Shown: positions 13,701-26,587, counted from the stretch's first letter. The stretch is 64,000 nt of DNA from Octopus vulgaris (GCA_951406725.2 OX597829.1:38812001-38876000), one strand, 5' to 3'. Notes: generated by a model not told the origin, from the letters alone. Numbers and translations are program-made.

Positions 13701-13880
13701 CTTCTGGGCATCCATTTAGCCCTAATCCTGAAGTCACTAACTACCAGTCTATGTTGTGGGGTACATTCTTCACCTGGGAAGGTTTTTGGCATTTATAAGC
13801 AGCCATCTTTCCCTTTTTCTGGTGAGGATGTAGTCAATCTGACTAGTGTGTCTACCAGAGTGGTAGGTGACTAGGTGGCT
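10727..13880 (-). pseudogene. RTE-clade LINE (end of APE domain plus RT), degraded and interrupted by a CR1
   Basis: SQIDYIL...EECTPQHRLVVSDF (APE C-terminus); [39 protein letters not shown] (RT); frameshifts and deletions relative to the copy at 19176-20900. Confidence 0.92.
11620..12818 (-). mobile_element. 5'-truncated CR1-clade LINE with (AACT)n tail, nearly intact
   Basis: DFAKAFDSV, VPQGSVLGPLLFL, LLFADDIKL, LERVQRLATR, RLRGH...WNKLP; one stop and one frameshift near 12600-12710; tail TAGT repeats at 11620-11641. Confidence 0.93.
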
Positions 13881-13929
13881 GGCACGTTTTCTGAAGTTAG
13901 TATTGCAAACCAGTTAGTATTGCAAACCA

Positions 13930-13970
<41 letters not shown>

Positions 13971-14252
13971 TGTATATATATTTATATGTGTGAGTCTGTT
14001 TGTCCCCTCCCCCCATCCCATCACCACTTACTAACTGATGTTGGTGTGTTTACATCCCCATAACTTAGCAGTTGATAAAAGAGACTGATAGAATAAGTAC
14101 TAGGCTTACAAAGAATAAGTTTTGGGGTAGATTTCCTCAATTAAAACCCTTTAAGGCGGTGCTCCAGCATGGCCACAGTCAAATGACAAAATCATGTAAA
14201 AGAATAAAAGAATATATAAAACTATATATATATATATATACATGTACGTATG

Positions 14253-14298
<46 letters not shown>

Positions 14299-14981
14299 TA
14301 TGTATGTATGTGTTTATGTATGTTTGTATATATGTAGACATGTCTACTGTATGTATGTATGCATACATGTGTGTATGTGTATATGTATGCACGTATGTAT
14401 GCACTTGTATGTATGTATGTATGTATGTATGTATGTATGCAAGCAGTACACAACTGTTCTGTGCCATTAATTCTTGCTATACTGGATCTGTTCAGAGAAA
14501 TGGTCTGCTGTATACTAGCAAAGTTGAAATGGTGCCAAATATAATGGTGCAGATGTGTTTAACACATGTTGGCTTGGTGAAATGGATATGCAGATGAGGG
14601 CAACAGTTCTCTTGGTTCTTTCGTGTTAAATAGCTCTGTATAATTAGCCAAGCAACATATTTAATTTTACCCTCTCTCTCTCCTCTCTCTCTTTCCCCTC
14701 TCTCTTTATTCTTCAAATTCCTAATTTCTAAAATGAAAGCTAAAAAAAAAAATTTGAATTTTTAAAATTCCAAATTCATTTCATGAAAATTTATAAATTT
14801 AAATTCCTTTTTATCTTAAGAATTCTTATATTGATTGGGAGCCGGGATCACTGATAGCTGAGTTGGCAGTGTACTTGGACAACCAGCTGAGAACTTACCA
14901 GTTCACATCTAGTCACCAGCACTGTGTTTTATATCCATGTTCAAAGTATTTAATACTTAAATGGTATTTTACATCATGTAA

Positions 14982-15563
14982 GAAGGCGGTGAGCTGGCAG
15001 AAACATTAGCACACCAGGCGAAATGCATAACCGTATTTCGTCTGCCGTTACATTCTGAGTTCAAATTCCGCCGAGGTCAACTTTGCCTTTCATCCTTTCT
15101 GAGTCGATAAATTAAGTACCAGTTACACACTGGGGTCAATATAATCGACTTAATCCGTCTGTCTGTCCTTGTTTGTCCTCTCTGTGTTTAGCCCCTTGTG
15201 GGGAGTAAAGAAATAGGTATTTCGTCTGCTGCTTCGTTCTGAGTTCAAATTCCGCCGAGGTCAACTTTGCCTTTCATCCTTTCGGGTCGATTAAATAAGT
15301 ACCAGTTATGCACTGGGGTCGATATATTCAACTTAATCCATTTGTCTGTCCTTGTTTGTCCTCTCTGCGTTTAGGTATTTCGTCTGCCACTTTGTTCTGA
15401 GTTCAAATTCAGCCGAGGTCGACTTTGCCTTTCATCCTTTCGGGGTCAATAAATTAAGTACCAGTTACGCACTGGGGTCGATATAATCGACTTAATCCGT
15501 CTGTCTGTCCTCTTGTTTGTCCTCTCTGTGTTTAGCCCCTTGCGGGTAGTAAAGAAATGGGTA
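14982..15563 (+). mobile_element. tRNA-derived SINE family B, tandem trimer of its body
   Basis: Head aaggcggtgagctggcagaa, then three units ggtatttcgtctgc...gagttcaaattcc...taagtaccag...ggggtc; same family at 34063, 54442 and 56432. Confidence 0.85.
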
Positions 15564-15872
15564 TTTTATATCATGTATTTAGTAAACAGTTATATTATTG
15601 ACTACAAGTCAATCACTGGTTCCATTTCTGATAGTGAGAATAACAAGGAAAGCTGTCTGAGAAACTTGGGCAGAATAAATATCATAAAATATTCATGCTA
15701 TATTGATATATTGGTTTTCTTGCTGATGTGTACTTTGGGGAAAAGATTTACACACATGTCATTACATATTGTTGATGGCTTAAGAATTTATAAACTGTTG
15801 AGTCAATGGGAAATAATTCACTTTTGGAGCAGTGGCTCTCAGCCACATAAAGCTATAAATAATAGCATGTAA

Positions 15873-16186
15873 ATCACTGTGATCACCATGACCGACCAGG
15901 CTATCAGATGCTGCTACACATCACTGGTCACAATGCGCTTTGCATTGTTTTAGCCTTCAAACGATGTCACCCCACTGGCTAAGTGAGCAGGCCAACAGAA
16001 GAAAGAGTGAGAGAAAGTTGTGGCGAAAGAGTACAGCAGGGATCGCCACCATCCCCTGCCAGAGCCTTGTGGAGTTTTTAGGTGTTTTCGCTCAATAAAC
16101 ACTCATAATGCCCGTTCTGGGAATCGAAACCTCGATCCTACAACCATGAGTCTGCTGCCCTAACCACTGGGCTATTGTGCCTCCAC
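15873..16186 (-). mobile_element. tRNA-derived SINE family C (tail type 1)
   Basis: A/B-box head tggaggcac..cagtggttagggcagc..ggtttcgattccc; homologous to 47551 and 57702. Confidence 0.85.
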
Positions 16187-16435
16187 AGCATGTAAATATT
16201 GGGTTGAAAATCCCTGTTGGATAGAAAAATTCTTGTGATGCCAGCAACATACAAATTCTCACTTATAAGAATAAAGTTTCTAGAATAGAAAGAGAAATTC
16301 AAAGGATGTTTTGGTCCAATAGCAGAATGTCTATTATGTTTACAAGGGGTGTGGTTTCAAGTCCTTCAACAACTTTCGACTTTTAATATCCATGTTCTTA
16401 TGCTTCCACCACTGCTTGACAACTGATGCTGCTGT

Positions 16436-16830
16436 TGCTGTTGAGCGAAGCGGTCTTCGTCCCAGATCTCGCAAGCTTGCGCCTCTGTAGAGGGAGAAGT
16501 CCGAAATGTGGTCCTTTGCTATTCGTAAGACCCACAGAAGAGAGAAAGCAGGTCAACCCCCGACACCGAGAACATCGACAGATGGATGAATGCACATCCA
16601 AGCTCAGTGGTTGCGTAGGAAGTCGGGAACAAGAAACAGGAAGAAAGAGTGAGAGAAAGTTGGGGGGGGCGAAAGAGTACAACAGGGGTCGCCACCACCC
16701 CCACTGCCAGAGCCTCGTGGCACTTTAGGTGTTTTCGCTCAATAAACACACACAACACTCAGTCTGGGAATCGAAACCGTGATCTTCCGACCGCGAGTCT
16801 GCTGCCCTAACCATTGGGCCATTGCGCCTC
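16436..16830 (-). mobile_element. SINE family C head with a different tail (type 2)
   Basis: Same tRNA head; distinct 3' half ending in CAA/CAG repeats; approximate TSD ctgatgctgctgt / ctggtgctgctgt. Confidence 0.8.
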
Positions 16831-18629
16831 CTGGTGCTGCTGTGTTTATGACCCTGTAATTTAATAGTTTGGCAAAAGAGACCAATAGAATAAGTAGCAG
16901 GCTATTAGAAATAAGTACCAGGGTTACGATTGTGTTAAACAAGTTAATGGATTCCATATACCAAAATTCACTGACAAGGCTCTGGCTATCTCAAAGTCAT
17001 GATAGAAGACACTTGTCTGATGAGCTGTGGAAACAACCCTAAAACCATTTCTATCATCTGTGCTTAAATTATGCTGCCAACTTGAAATTTGCCCTTGGTG
17101 CCATAACTTTACTTCTCTTCATTGCCAGAGTTGATAAAATGTATTTCATTTTTATATTGGTGATCACCACCATAACAATGGTGACACTAACACTGCTGAT
17201 TGTTTGTTTGTTTGTTGAGTGAAGCGGTGTTCATCCCATTCGTGGGAGAAGTTCGAAATGTGGTCCTTTGCTATTCGCATTGAAATCCGACTCGAATATT
17301 CTACCTGTTTTATGTTAAAACCAGTCAGATCTAGGCTCTCACACCTACCCTACCATATCATTCTTAATATAAACAACCACACCATCAAAATCTGAACGAT
17401 ACAATGAATGTTAAATCCAAAACGATGTGGATAAATTAGTATTATGTCTCACAGAGTAATCTGAATGCTGTGCTCACTAAAACATTGTATCTGTAGGAGT
17501 TTCTTGGACTTCATTATCCAATCCTGCTGTATTTGTATTTTGTTTAAATTTATAGGATGGAATTTGAAGCAGAATTAGCTTCCATTTTTAGGAGGTCAAG
17601 CAATTGTGTACATGTAACATGCTGTGAAATGTTGGAGACAATAATCTTAGGATTAGACAACATCAAAGCCATTGTAATCTCTGCATGGAATTAACAGATA
17701 AGCAATGACGCTTGCTTCATTAAGTCTAGATGAAAATTACATCAATGGCTAATTACAGGGTTATTTGTATTATGACAAAGCATTTCATTGAACACTTTAA
17801 TGAGGAAAGATATGACAATACTAATGTGTGTATGTGTACATACATATATTGACACACACAAACAGATATATATATTTACATGTACACAGATGTGTGAATG
17901 TATGTACGTGTGTGTATGTATGTGTGTGTGTGAATGTGAGTGTATGTGTGTGTATTTGTGCATCGATATCTATCTATCTATCTATGTATATATGTATGTA
18001 TGTATGTATGTATCTATCTATCTATCTATCTATCTACCCGGCTAGCTAGCAAGCTAGATAGACAGACAGATAAATGGACAGATAGATATGTATATATATC
18101 TATATATGTATCTATATATGCATATATATGTTGAACAAATACAACATGACTGGATAACAAAGTCCAAGAAACTCCTAAGAGCACAGTGTGTTTGTGATGG
18201 ATATAAAGATTTTAACCTTTCACAGTATTCAGATTGCTGTATGAAAGATAATGCTAATTTATCCACATTGTGTACACACACACACAAACACACACACACA
18301 CACATACATGTATGTGTGTGTGTGTGAGTGTATGATGGGCTTATTTCAGTTTCCCATTTATCAAATCCATTCATAAAGCTTTGATTAACCTGAGGCAACA
18401 CAGGAAATACTTGCCCAAGGTGCCACAGAATGAGACTGAACCTAAAACGGTATTCTTGGGATGTGAACTGCTTAAACACAGCCTAGCCTGCACTTCACAC
18501 ACACACTCTCTCTCTCTCCCTCTCTCTCTCTCTCTTTCTCTCTCTCTTCATTCACCTGTCTCTCACAATGTATATATGTGTATGTGTATATATATATATA
18601 TATATATGTGTATGTGTATATATATATGT

Positions 18630-20898
18630 ATCATCATATCATCATCATCGTTTAACGTCCGCTTTCCATGCTAGCATGGGTTGGACGGTTCAACTGGGGT
18701 CTGGGAAGCCCGAAGGCTGCACCAGGCCAGTCAGATGTGGCAGTGTTTCTACAGCTGGATGCCCTTCCTAACGCCAACCACTCCGAGAGTGTAGTGGGTG
18801 ATTTTATGTGCCACCGACACAGGTGCCAGACGAGGCTGGCAGACGGCCACGCTCGGATGGTGTTTTTTATGTGTCACCGACACAGGTGCCAGACGAGGCT
18901 GGCGGACGGCCACGCTCGGATGGTGTTTGTTACGTGCCCTCAGCACGGAGGCCAGTCATTGCGGTACTGGCTACGGTCACGTTCGGATGGTTTTCTTATG
19001 TGCCACCGGCACTAATTTACCACAAGGATACAAATTCCATTGATGTTCATCTATTTTGATTTGGTTCGATTTGATTCTCACTTGCCTCAACAGGTCTTCA
19101 CAAGTGTCACAAGAAGGAAGGTATGCACAGGTGGACTGACTACGTCCCAGGTAGGGGCCACGGATTATGGCTTCACTAGTCTTGCCGGGTCTTCTCACGC
19201 ACAGCATACTTCCATAGGTCTCGGTCTCTAGTCATTTCCATGGTGAGACCTAACGTCCGAAGGTCGTGCTTCACCACCTCGTCCCAGGTTTTCCTGGGTC
19301 TACCTCTTCCACGGGTTCCCTCAACTGCTAGGGATTGGCACTTTCTCACACACCTATCTTCATCCATTCTCGCCACATGACCATACCAGCGCAATCGTCT
19401 CTCTTGCACACAACAACTGATGCTTCTTAGGTACAACATTTCTCTCAAGGTACTAACGCTCTGTCGAGTAAGTACACTGACATTACACATCCATCGGAGC
19501 ATACTGGCTTCGTTCCTCACGAGCTTACGCATGTCCTCAGCAGTCACGGCCCATGTTTCACTGCCATGTAGCATAGCTGTTCGTACACATGCATCATACA
19601 GTCTGCCTTTTACTCTGAGCGAGAGGCCTTTAGTCACCAGCAGAGGTAAGAGCTCCCTAAACTTTGCCCAGGCTATTCTTATTCTAGCAGTTACACTTTC
19701 AGCGCACCCACCCCCACTACTGACTTGGTCACCTAGATAGCGGAAGCTATCAACTACTTCTAGTTTTTCCCCCGGAAAGTGACAGAAGTTGTTTTCTGCA
19801 GATTTTCGGAGGTCAATGCTCCAGAGCACCTGCCACATACAAAAACTATCTTCCCAGTTAGCCTACCTTTGACATTGCTGCACCTCTTATGTGTCCATAG
19901 CTTACACTGGGTACATCTTATAGAGTTTCTACCTACACCTTTTCTGCAGATCGAGCAGGGCCATCTTCCTGAGGATATTTGTGGGTTTTCTACCTTTCTA
20001 CTTATTAGTACTTTGGTTTTAGCTAGGTTGACTCTAAGGCCCCTCGATTCTAAACCCTCCTTCCACACCTGGAACTTCTCCTCCAGTTCTGATAGTGACT
20101 CAGCGATTAGAGCGAGGTCGTCAGCATAGAGGAGCTCCCAGGGGCAACCTGTCTTGAATTCCTCCGTTATTGCCTGGAGGACTATGATAAATAGGAGGGG
20201 GCTGAGTACTGAACCCTGGTGGACCCCAACCTCTACTTTGAATTCTTCTGTGTACATGTTGCCAACTCTAACCTTACTTACGGCATCTCTGTACATGGCT
20301 TGCACAGCCCTCACCAGCCATTCATCTATCCCTAGTTTCCTCATTGACCACCAGATGAGGGATCGGGGGACCCTATCAAAGGCTTTCTCCATGTCAACGA
20401 AAGCCAGGTACAGGGGCTTATCCTTGGCTAGGTATTTCTCCTGCAGCTGCCTTACCAGGAATATAGCATCAGTGGTGCTTTTCCCTGGGACAAACCCAAA
20501 CTGCATCTCATCTAAACTAACTCTCTCTCTAATTAGTTGGGCTATGACCCTCTCCGTAACCTTCATTACCTGATCCAACAGCTTGATACCTCTGTAATTA
20601 TTTGTATCCAGGGCATCACCTTTACCTTTGTAGCAGTTGACTAGTATGCTGCTACACCAGTCATTGGGTATGACTCCTTCGTGTATCACCTGGTTGACTA
20701 TACGGGTGACTAGGTTATAGCCGACACTGCCAGATACTTTGAGCATCTCTGCAGTAATTCCTGATGGGCCTGGGGCTTTCCCTGTCTTCATGCTTCTAAT
20801 TGCCTTAGCTACCACGGAACTATCAACTCGGATAGCTGGTCCCTCTGTTGGGTCAACATTTGGCAGACTCTCTTTATCCCATTCATTTTCTTTATTCA

Positions 20899-20900
<2 letters not shown>
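18630..20900 (-). mobile_element. Young 5'-truncated RTE-clade LINE with complete 3' UTR and (GAT)n tail
   Basis: RT ORF 20900-19176 with a single frameshift near 19770 and an internal Cys-rich finger (CSIC..CTQC..H..C..CGRC). The 3' UTR 19175-18630 has ~64-bp tandem units. The 5' end abuts (TA)n. Confidence 0.95.
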
Positions 20901-20987
<87 letters not shown>

Positions 20988-21021
20988 TATATATGCATAT
21001 ATATATATATATACATATATA

Positions 21022-22267
21022 TTAGGTTGGCAACTAAGTTCCCACCATTTTTTAAAATTTAAATTTTTTAAAAGGTTTAATAAAAAATAACTAATTAATC
21101 AATAATGTACTCACCCTTGTTGTTTACAACTTCTTCCCAATGTTCAACAAGATTTTCAATACCTCGTTGGTAGAAATCACCCGATTTTGACTCAAAATAT
21201 TGATCTAACCAAGCTCTCAATTCTGCATCAGTATTGAACGAAACTCCGTGCATAGCATTTGGGAGAGATCGAAAGATGTGGAAATCCGTTGGTGCCAAAT
21301 CAGGAGAGTACAGCGGGTGTGGCAGTACTTCCCAGGCATGTGTTTGAATGGCTTCCTTGGTCATGTTGGCGATATGAGGGTGAGCGTTGTCATGCAGCAG
21401 AAGAACTCCATGCTGCCGATTAGGTCTTTTCTCTTGAATAGCCGTGTTGAGTTGTTCCATCTGTTGAATATAGTTTCACATTGACTGTTTGGTTCTATTC
21501 AAGCAATTCATAAGGGATATCCCTTCCCAGTCCCAGCATACGTATAACATCGTTTTGCACGGATGAAAATCTTGTTTCACGCACGGTCTAGCTTGTTTAC
21601 CAGGGCTAAGCCATTCCTTACATGGCTTCATATTGATGTACAGGCACCATTTTTTGTTGCCAGTAACGATTTGGTAAAGAAATTGTTGCTTGTGTCCATG
21701 AGTTGAGTAGTGACGAGCAAGCAAACCAGCGGAGATTGTGGCTCATTGATTTTTGCTGTTGTCACTTAAAGCATGTTCCATACTTCTGAACCTTCCCCAT
21801 TGAGTGAAGATGCTTCTCTATAGCAGTGTGGGAGCATTCCATTTTCTCTACCAGTTCCCTTGTCATTTGATGAGAAATTTTGTGCAAAAGTTGGTTTAAT
21901 CGCTCTTTATCAAACTCAACTGGAGGGCCAGAACAGAGTGCATCTTTGAGATCAAAATTTCCATTTTTGAACTTGGCATACCAATCAAGAGCGGTTCTTT
22001 CGACTATGGTACCCTCTCCATACACAGCACAAACATTGCAAGCAGCTTTTGCAGCCTTAGAACCTTGATTAAAAGCCAAAAGAAAGAATTGTTGAAAATA
22101 CTCATTTTAATGATCTGAAAATAAGCAAAAATTAACTAGGAAAAGAAACAAAATAGATTCCGAAATTATTTTAAAATAGAATTCTTGAAAAAAATAGATT
22201 CCAAAATTTAAAAACGCAATAAATTCCAAAATTTAGAAAAGCGGCAGGAACTTAGTTGCCAACCTAA
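21022..22267 (-). mobile_element. Full-length mariner transposon with degraded DD34D transposase
   Basis: TIRs TTAGGTTGGCAACTAAGTTCC flanked by TA; HTH fragments, IVTGNKKW, LLHDNA.PH and YSPDLAPTDFHIF motifs split over three ORFs. Confidence 0.95.
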
Positions 22268-22350
22268 TACATACATATATACACACACACACACACACAT
22301 ATATATATATGTATATATATACAAACATACATACATACATACATAAATAC

Positions 22351-22403
<53 letters not shown>

Positions 22404-22965
22404 GTTTAAATATTTGTTGTGCAAGATTTTTTATGTGAAGTCGTGTGTTGAAACAGATATTGTTATATTTCGGAATGGTCATATTGCCAGTTTAGCCAAA
22501 AGAACTTAGACGAAAGAACTTTGGCCGAAATAAGATTAAGATTAATGTAAAAAATAAATATCACTGAAGCAAAATAACACCAAATATATAGTGCGCGTGT
22601 TTTTATTGGCTAAACTGGCAATATGACCATTCCGAAATATAACAATATATATATATATATATGTATGTATGTATTTATGTATGTATGTATGTATGTTTGT
22701 ATATATATACATATATATATGTGTGTGTGTGTGTGTATATATATGTATGTATTAGGTTGGCAACTAAGTTCCTGCCGCTTTTCTAAATTTTGGAATTTAT
22801 TGCGTTTTTATATATATATATATATATATAAAATGATATGTTACATTTATTCAATAGTCAAGATAAAACTCTGAGTTTCAGACGCCATGGGTCCGTGAGC
22901 AGAATTATAACACAGTCATTTCCCTTTATATAACGGTATTTTTTCACAGCGTTTTTCAGATGGCC

Positions 22966-23028
22966 AGATAACCGAAGAGATGGTGTTGTGGATTTCCACT
23001 TCGGCATCTGAAACTCAGAGTTTTATCT
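22966..23028 (+). ncRNA. Type-I hammerhead ribozyme motif (CCGAAGA variant) in a PLE-type terminus 22833-23130
   Basis: AGAUAA-CCGAAGA-GAUG...CAUC(U)-GAAA-CUCAGAG-UU-UUAUCU. Confidence 0.75.
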
Positions 23029-23131
23029 TGACTATTGAGTAAATGTAACATATTATTTTATAGATAAATTTCCTCTATTTACATAATATTGAGGTCTCTT
23101 TCTTTCTTTTGTTATCTTACCGTTTTTACCA

Positions 23132-23165
<34 letters not shown>

Positions 23166-23364
23166 ATAAGAGACAAAACCACTATTAGGCAAATCAAACA
23201 ATGAAAGATTTAAGCCAATACATATGATTAATTTATATTATTTAAAAATGTAACAAAATTATTAAAAAATATAATTAATATATATATATAGGGTGGTGAA
23301 TACTCGTTATAAATATCACCACCAGTGGCCTAGCATGTATAAAAAGTCAATGTCTATTGTCTGT

Positions 23365-23411
<47 letters not shown>

Positions 23412-23443
23412 TTTATTTAAAGCAGCAGAAAATTCAACAAAAC

Positions 23444-23481
23444 CTGTTACTCTGAGTTTCCCGTTGCCGTTCATCGGACAG
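23444..23481 (-). ncRNA. Minimal hammerhead motif (CCGAUGA variant), left arm of a palindrome
   Basis: CUGU-CCGAUGA-aCG-GCAA-CGg-GAAA-CUCAGAG-UA-ACAG. Confidence 0.65.
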
Positions 23482-23497
23482 TTTTTGCTAGAAAAAA

Positions 23498-23534
23498 CTG
23501 TTCGATGAACGGCAACGGAAACTCAGAGTAACAG
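23498..23534 (+). ncRNA. Minimal hammerhead motif (UCGAUGA, mutated), right arm of the palindrome
   Basis: CUGU-UCGAUGA-aCG-GCAA-CG-GAAA-CUCAGAG-UA-ACAG. Confidence 0.55.
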
Positions 23535-23671
23535 GTTTTGTTGAATTTTCTACTGCTTTAAATAAAGCATATTATTCTACCATTGGTATTTGAGTACTCT
23601 TTTTTCCACTTTGTTTCACATTTATGTGTTTACTCCGGTATATATGTATATATACATACATGCACACATAC

Positions 23672-23722
<51 letters not shown>

Positions 23723-24539
23723 CATATATATGTATATATACATACATATATATATGTATGTATATATACATACATACATGCATGCATGCATACATACATA
23801 CATACATACATACACACATACATACATACATACATATATATATATTTTTTTTTTTTAAATATAAATATATGAAAGAATGCAGTTTGCATATATATATATA
23901 TATGCACACCCATATACATACATACACTTACATGTATATAGTCTAAATACAAAGATAAAAGATTTGGAGTTTTTCTGAATATGTTTTTGATATAATGATA
24001 AAAAAATGAATCATCCACCAGATATTTGCAACTAAGGAAACTTATTTATATCATTTATATCGCATGTTGTGATATACAAATAGCAGAATATTATTACATA
24101 ATTTCATCTTCCATTTAACATTTGCGATACTGTCAGTTAGATACATTCTTGTGTAAATTTATGGAATTTCCATCTACAGACGTTGGAATTGTTGCCTTGC
24201 ATGGTAGTAATTGTTATCTTCATATTCAAGTGAAGTCAACTATGAAACTGTATGTGGGGATATTTTTTCCCAACTGAGTCACATTGCTTGACATCTTGGG
24301 CAAGTCTCTCCCATTATAGCTTTATGCATGTGTGAGGTAAACAGAAACTGAAAGAAGCCTGTTGCATATGTAAATATATTTGTGTATGTATCATCATCAT
24401 TGTTATTGCTTTTAATGTCCACACTCTTGAGTCATACCTTAAGCGCGCCTTTTAATTGTGAGCTTAGTATTATTGATAGGTAGACTCACACTTGAGATCA
24501 AAGCAAGATGCTAATGCAGAGGCCACACTGCAACATGAA

Positions 24540-25400
24540 GACAGTCATGTATGAGGCAGACACAATGTCAAAGAGCCCACATTGGGTGGCTAGATTCGTG
24601 GAAGTATGTGAGTGCAATAGAAGGGTGGAGGCGCGTGGCTTAGTAGTTAGGGTGTCAGCATCATGATCATAAGATTGTGGTTTTGATTCCTGGACTAGGC
24701 GACATGTTGTGTTCTTGAGCAGAACACTTCATTTCACGTTGCACCCTCCACTCAGCTGGCAAAAATGAGTAACGCTGCGATGGACTGGTGTCCCGTCTGG
24801 CTGGGGAACACACACGCCATTGAAACTGGGAAACCGGACCCATGAGCCTGGCTAGGCTTTAAAAAAGGGCGCATTTATTATTTTGTGGAGATACATGGCC
24901 TAGTGGTTAGAGCAGCATACTCGCGGTCGAGGGACCTTGGGTTCGAATCTCAGACCAGGCGATGTGTGTGTTTATGAGCGAAACACCTAAGCTCCACGTG
25001 GCTCCAGCAGAAGGTATTGGCGAAACTTCTGATGACTCTTTCACCACAACTTTCTCTCATTCTTTCCTCCTGCATCTTGCAGCTCACCTGCAACGGACCG
25101 GTGTCCCATCCAGGTGGGGAACCTATACGCCAAAGAAACCAGGGAAACGGCCCTTATGAGCCAGGCATGGCTCGAGAAGGAACAAACAAGTGCAATAGAA
25201 AAAACTTTTAGGGCCAAGTTTAACAACCATGTATCTTCCTTCAATATACAGGAGAGGTGCAAGGTTACAGCCCTGGACAAATATGTATGGTCATTAAAGA
25301 AAAGTGTTGCAGCGTACAAAATTATTAAGTGAAAAATCTTGGAAAAGTGTATTATATTAAAAAATTCTCATCACCTAAACATCTACCTAAATTGCAGGAA
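24540..25400 (+). pseudogene. PLE GIY-YIG endonuclease remnant split by a SINE pair
   Basis: VMYEA...KYVSAIE | KTFRAKFNNHVSSFNIQERCKVTALDKYVWSLK, matching the PLE pattern F+.RY.NH..SF......T.LSKY+W.LK. Confidence 0.7.
24623..25188 (+). mobile_element. Composite SINE D + SINE C inside one TSD
   Basis: Two tRNA heads (~24626 and ~24883); 12-bp TSD AGTGCAATAGAA at 24611-24622 and 25189-25200. Confidence 0.85.
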
Positions 25401-26584
25401 CTATATTTTTAGAACATGCTTACATAAGAGACAGTACATGTTATCTCTCCTATGGCTCTAATTATTAGATTCTCCAACATCAACCCTCCTGCCATCTGTA
25501 ACCAAACCATTCACAAATATATGCACATGTGCCCAAACATGAGGTTAAAGATTGGGCACCCACCAAAATCATCCAACAAAAAATTCAACACATATACTAA
25601 TCTAATACGCATACTAGCCTCTATTCCCTCCCCTAAGCACATATTTTCATCTATCTGCCACCTGCTGCTTTATAGCAAACTCAGGTGTTTTGGGGCCAAG
25701 GGACATAACTTTTGACTAATCCCTTGAGCAATTGTCTCCTGCCACTTCATTTGGTCTTTTTCACAGCAACCAGATGTGACATTTCATCACCTCCAGAAAC
25801 AGACAGCAGCCACCATATTTCTTCCATACTTACCGTCTCTAAAGATCACATGTTTCTAGATAACTGCCATGTTATCTTATATTTGGTTATCTAATACCTG
25901 GTGCAAAACTGTTAGGTACTTTGGCTGAAATTGCCTTATAATACTATATACTTTGATTTACATACACGCGTGCGTGCGTGCGTGCGTGCGTGCGTCCATG
26001 CGTGCGTGCATGCGTCCGTGCGTGTGTGTGTGTACTAGCTGGGTTCCATGCCAGAAAAGGAAAATTTCTAACATTTTGAGTTCAGGCCATTTATCAAGTA
26101 ACAGACTGAGAGAAAGAAAGGTTTTGAATTCTGTAATCGTAATCCAATTAAAAGCACACAGAGGTGTGTTTTTTTATCCAACCATAATTTCTTTTTCTCA
26201 ATAAAGAGCCTTTACTTTGCTTATTACAGCCCATCAAAAATGATGACAATGTTAATCCAATACTTTCATACTCCTCCATTTCAGCTCATTGTTTCTCATG
26301 AGAGCAGACATAGCTGACAAGACTGATAGGTAGATAGGTAGTGTCAACCATAGGGTGTTATTGATGACGTCTTCTCCTCTCTTCATTCAGCCTTTGACAT
26401 TCAGTTTCAAAGTGCTCTATTCCAGCAACACACATGTCTTTTGAACAAAGAGCCACAGCTTGAAATATCAAACACTTCCTTTCTTCACAATTAAATATAT
26501 TTTCATAACCATACTTTTGTTTTATTACCAACAAAGACTGACAAAGTTTCCTTTGATTCTGGATATCAGGTTGATTGATTGTTA

Positions 26585-26587
<3 letters not shown>

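Noticed and set aside
17011-17040. CTGATGA-gctgtg-GAAAC
   Set aside because: No stems I-III; lies in a decayed SINE
24170-24245. Possible minus-strand terminal exon (LTSLEYEDNNYYHARQQFQRL*)
   Set aside because: Short, no homology recognised
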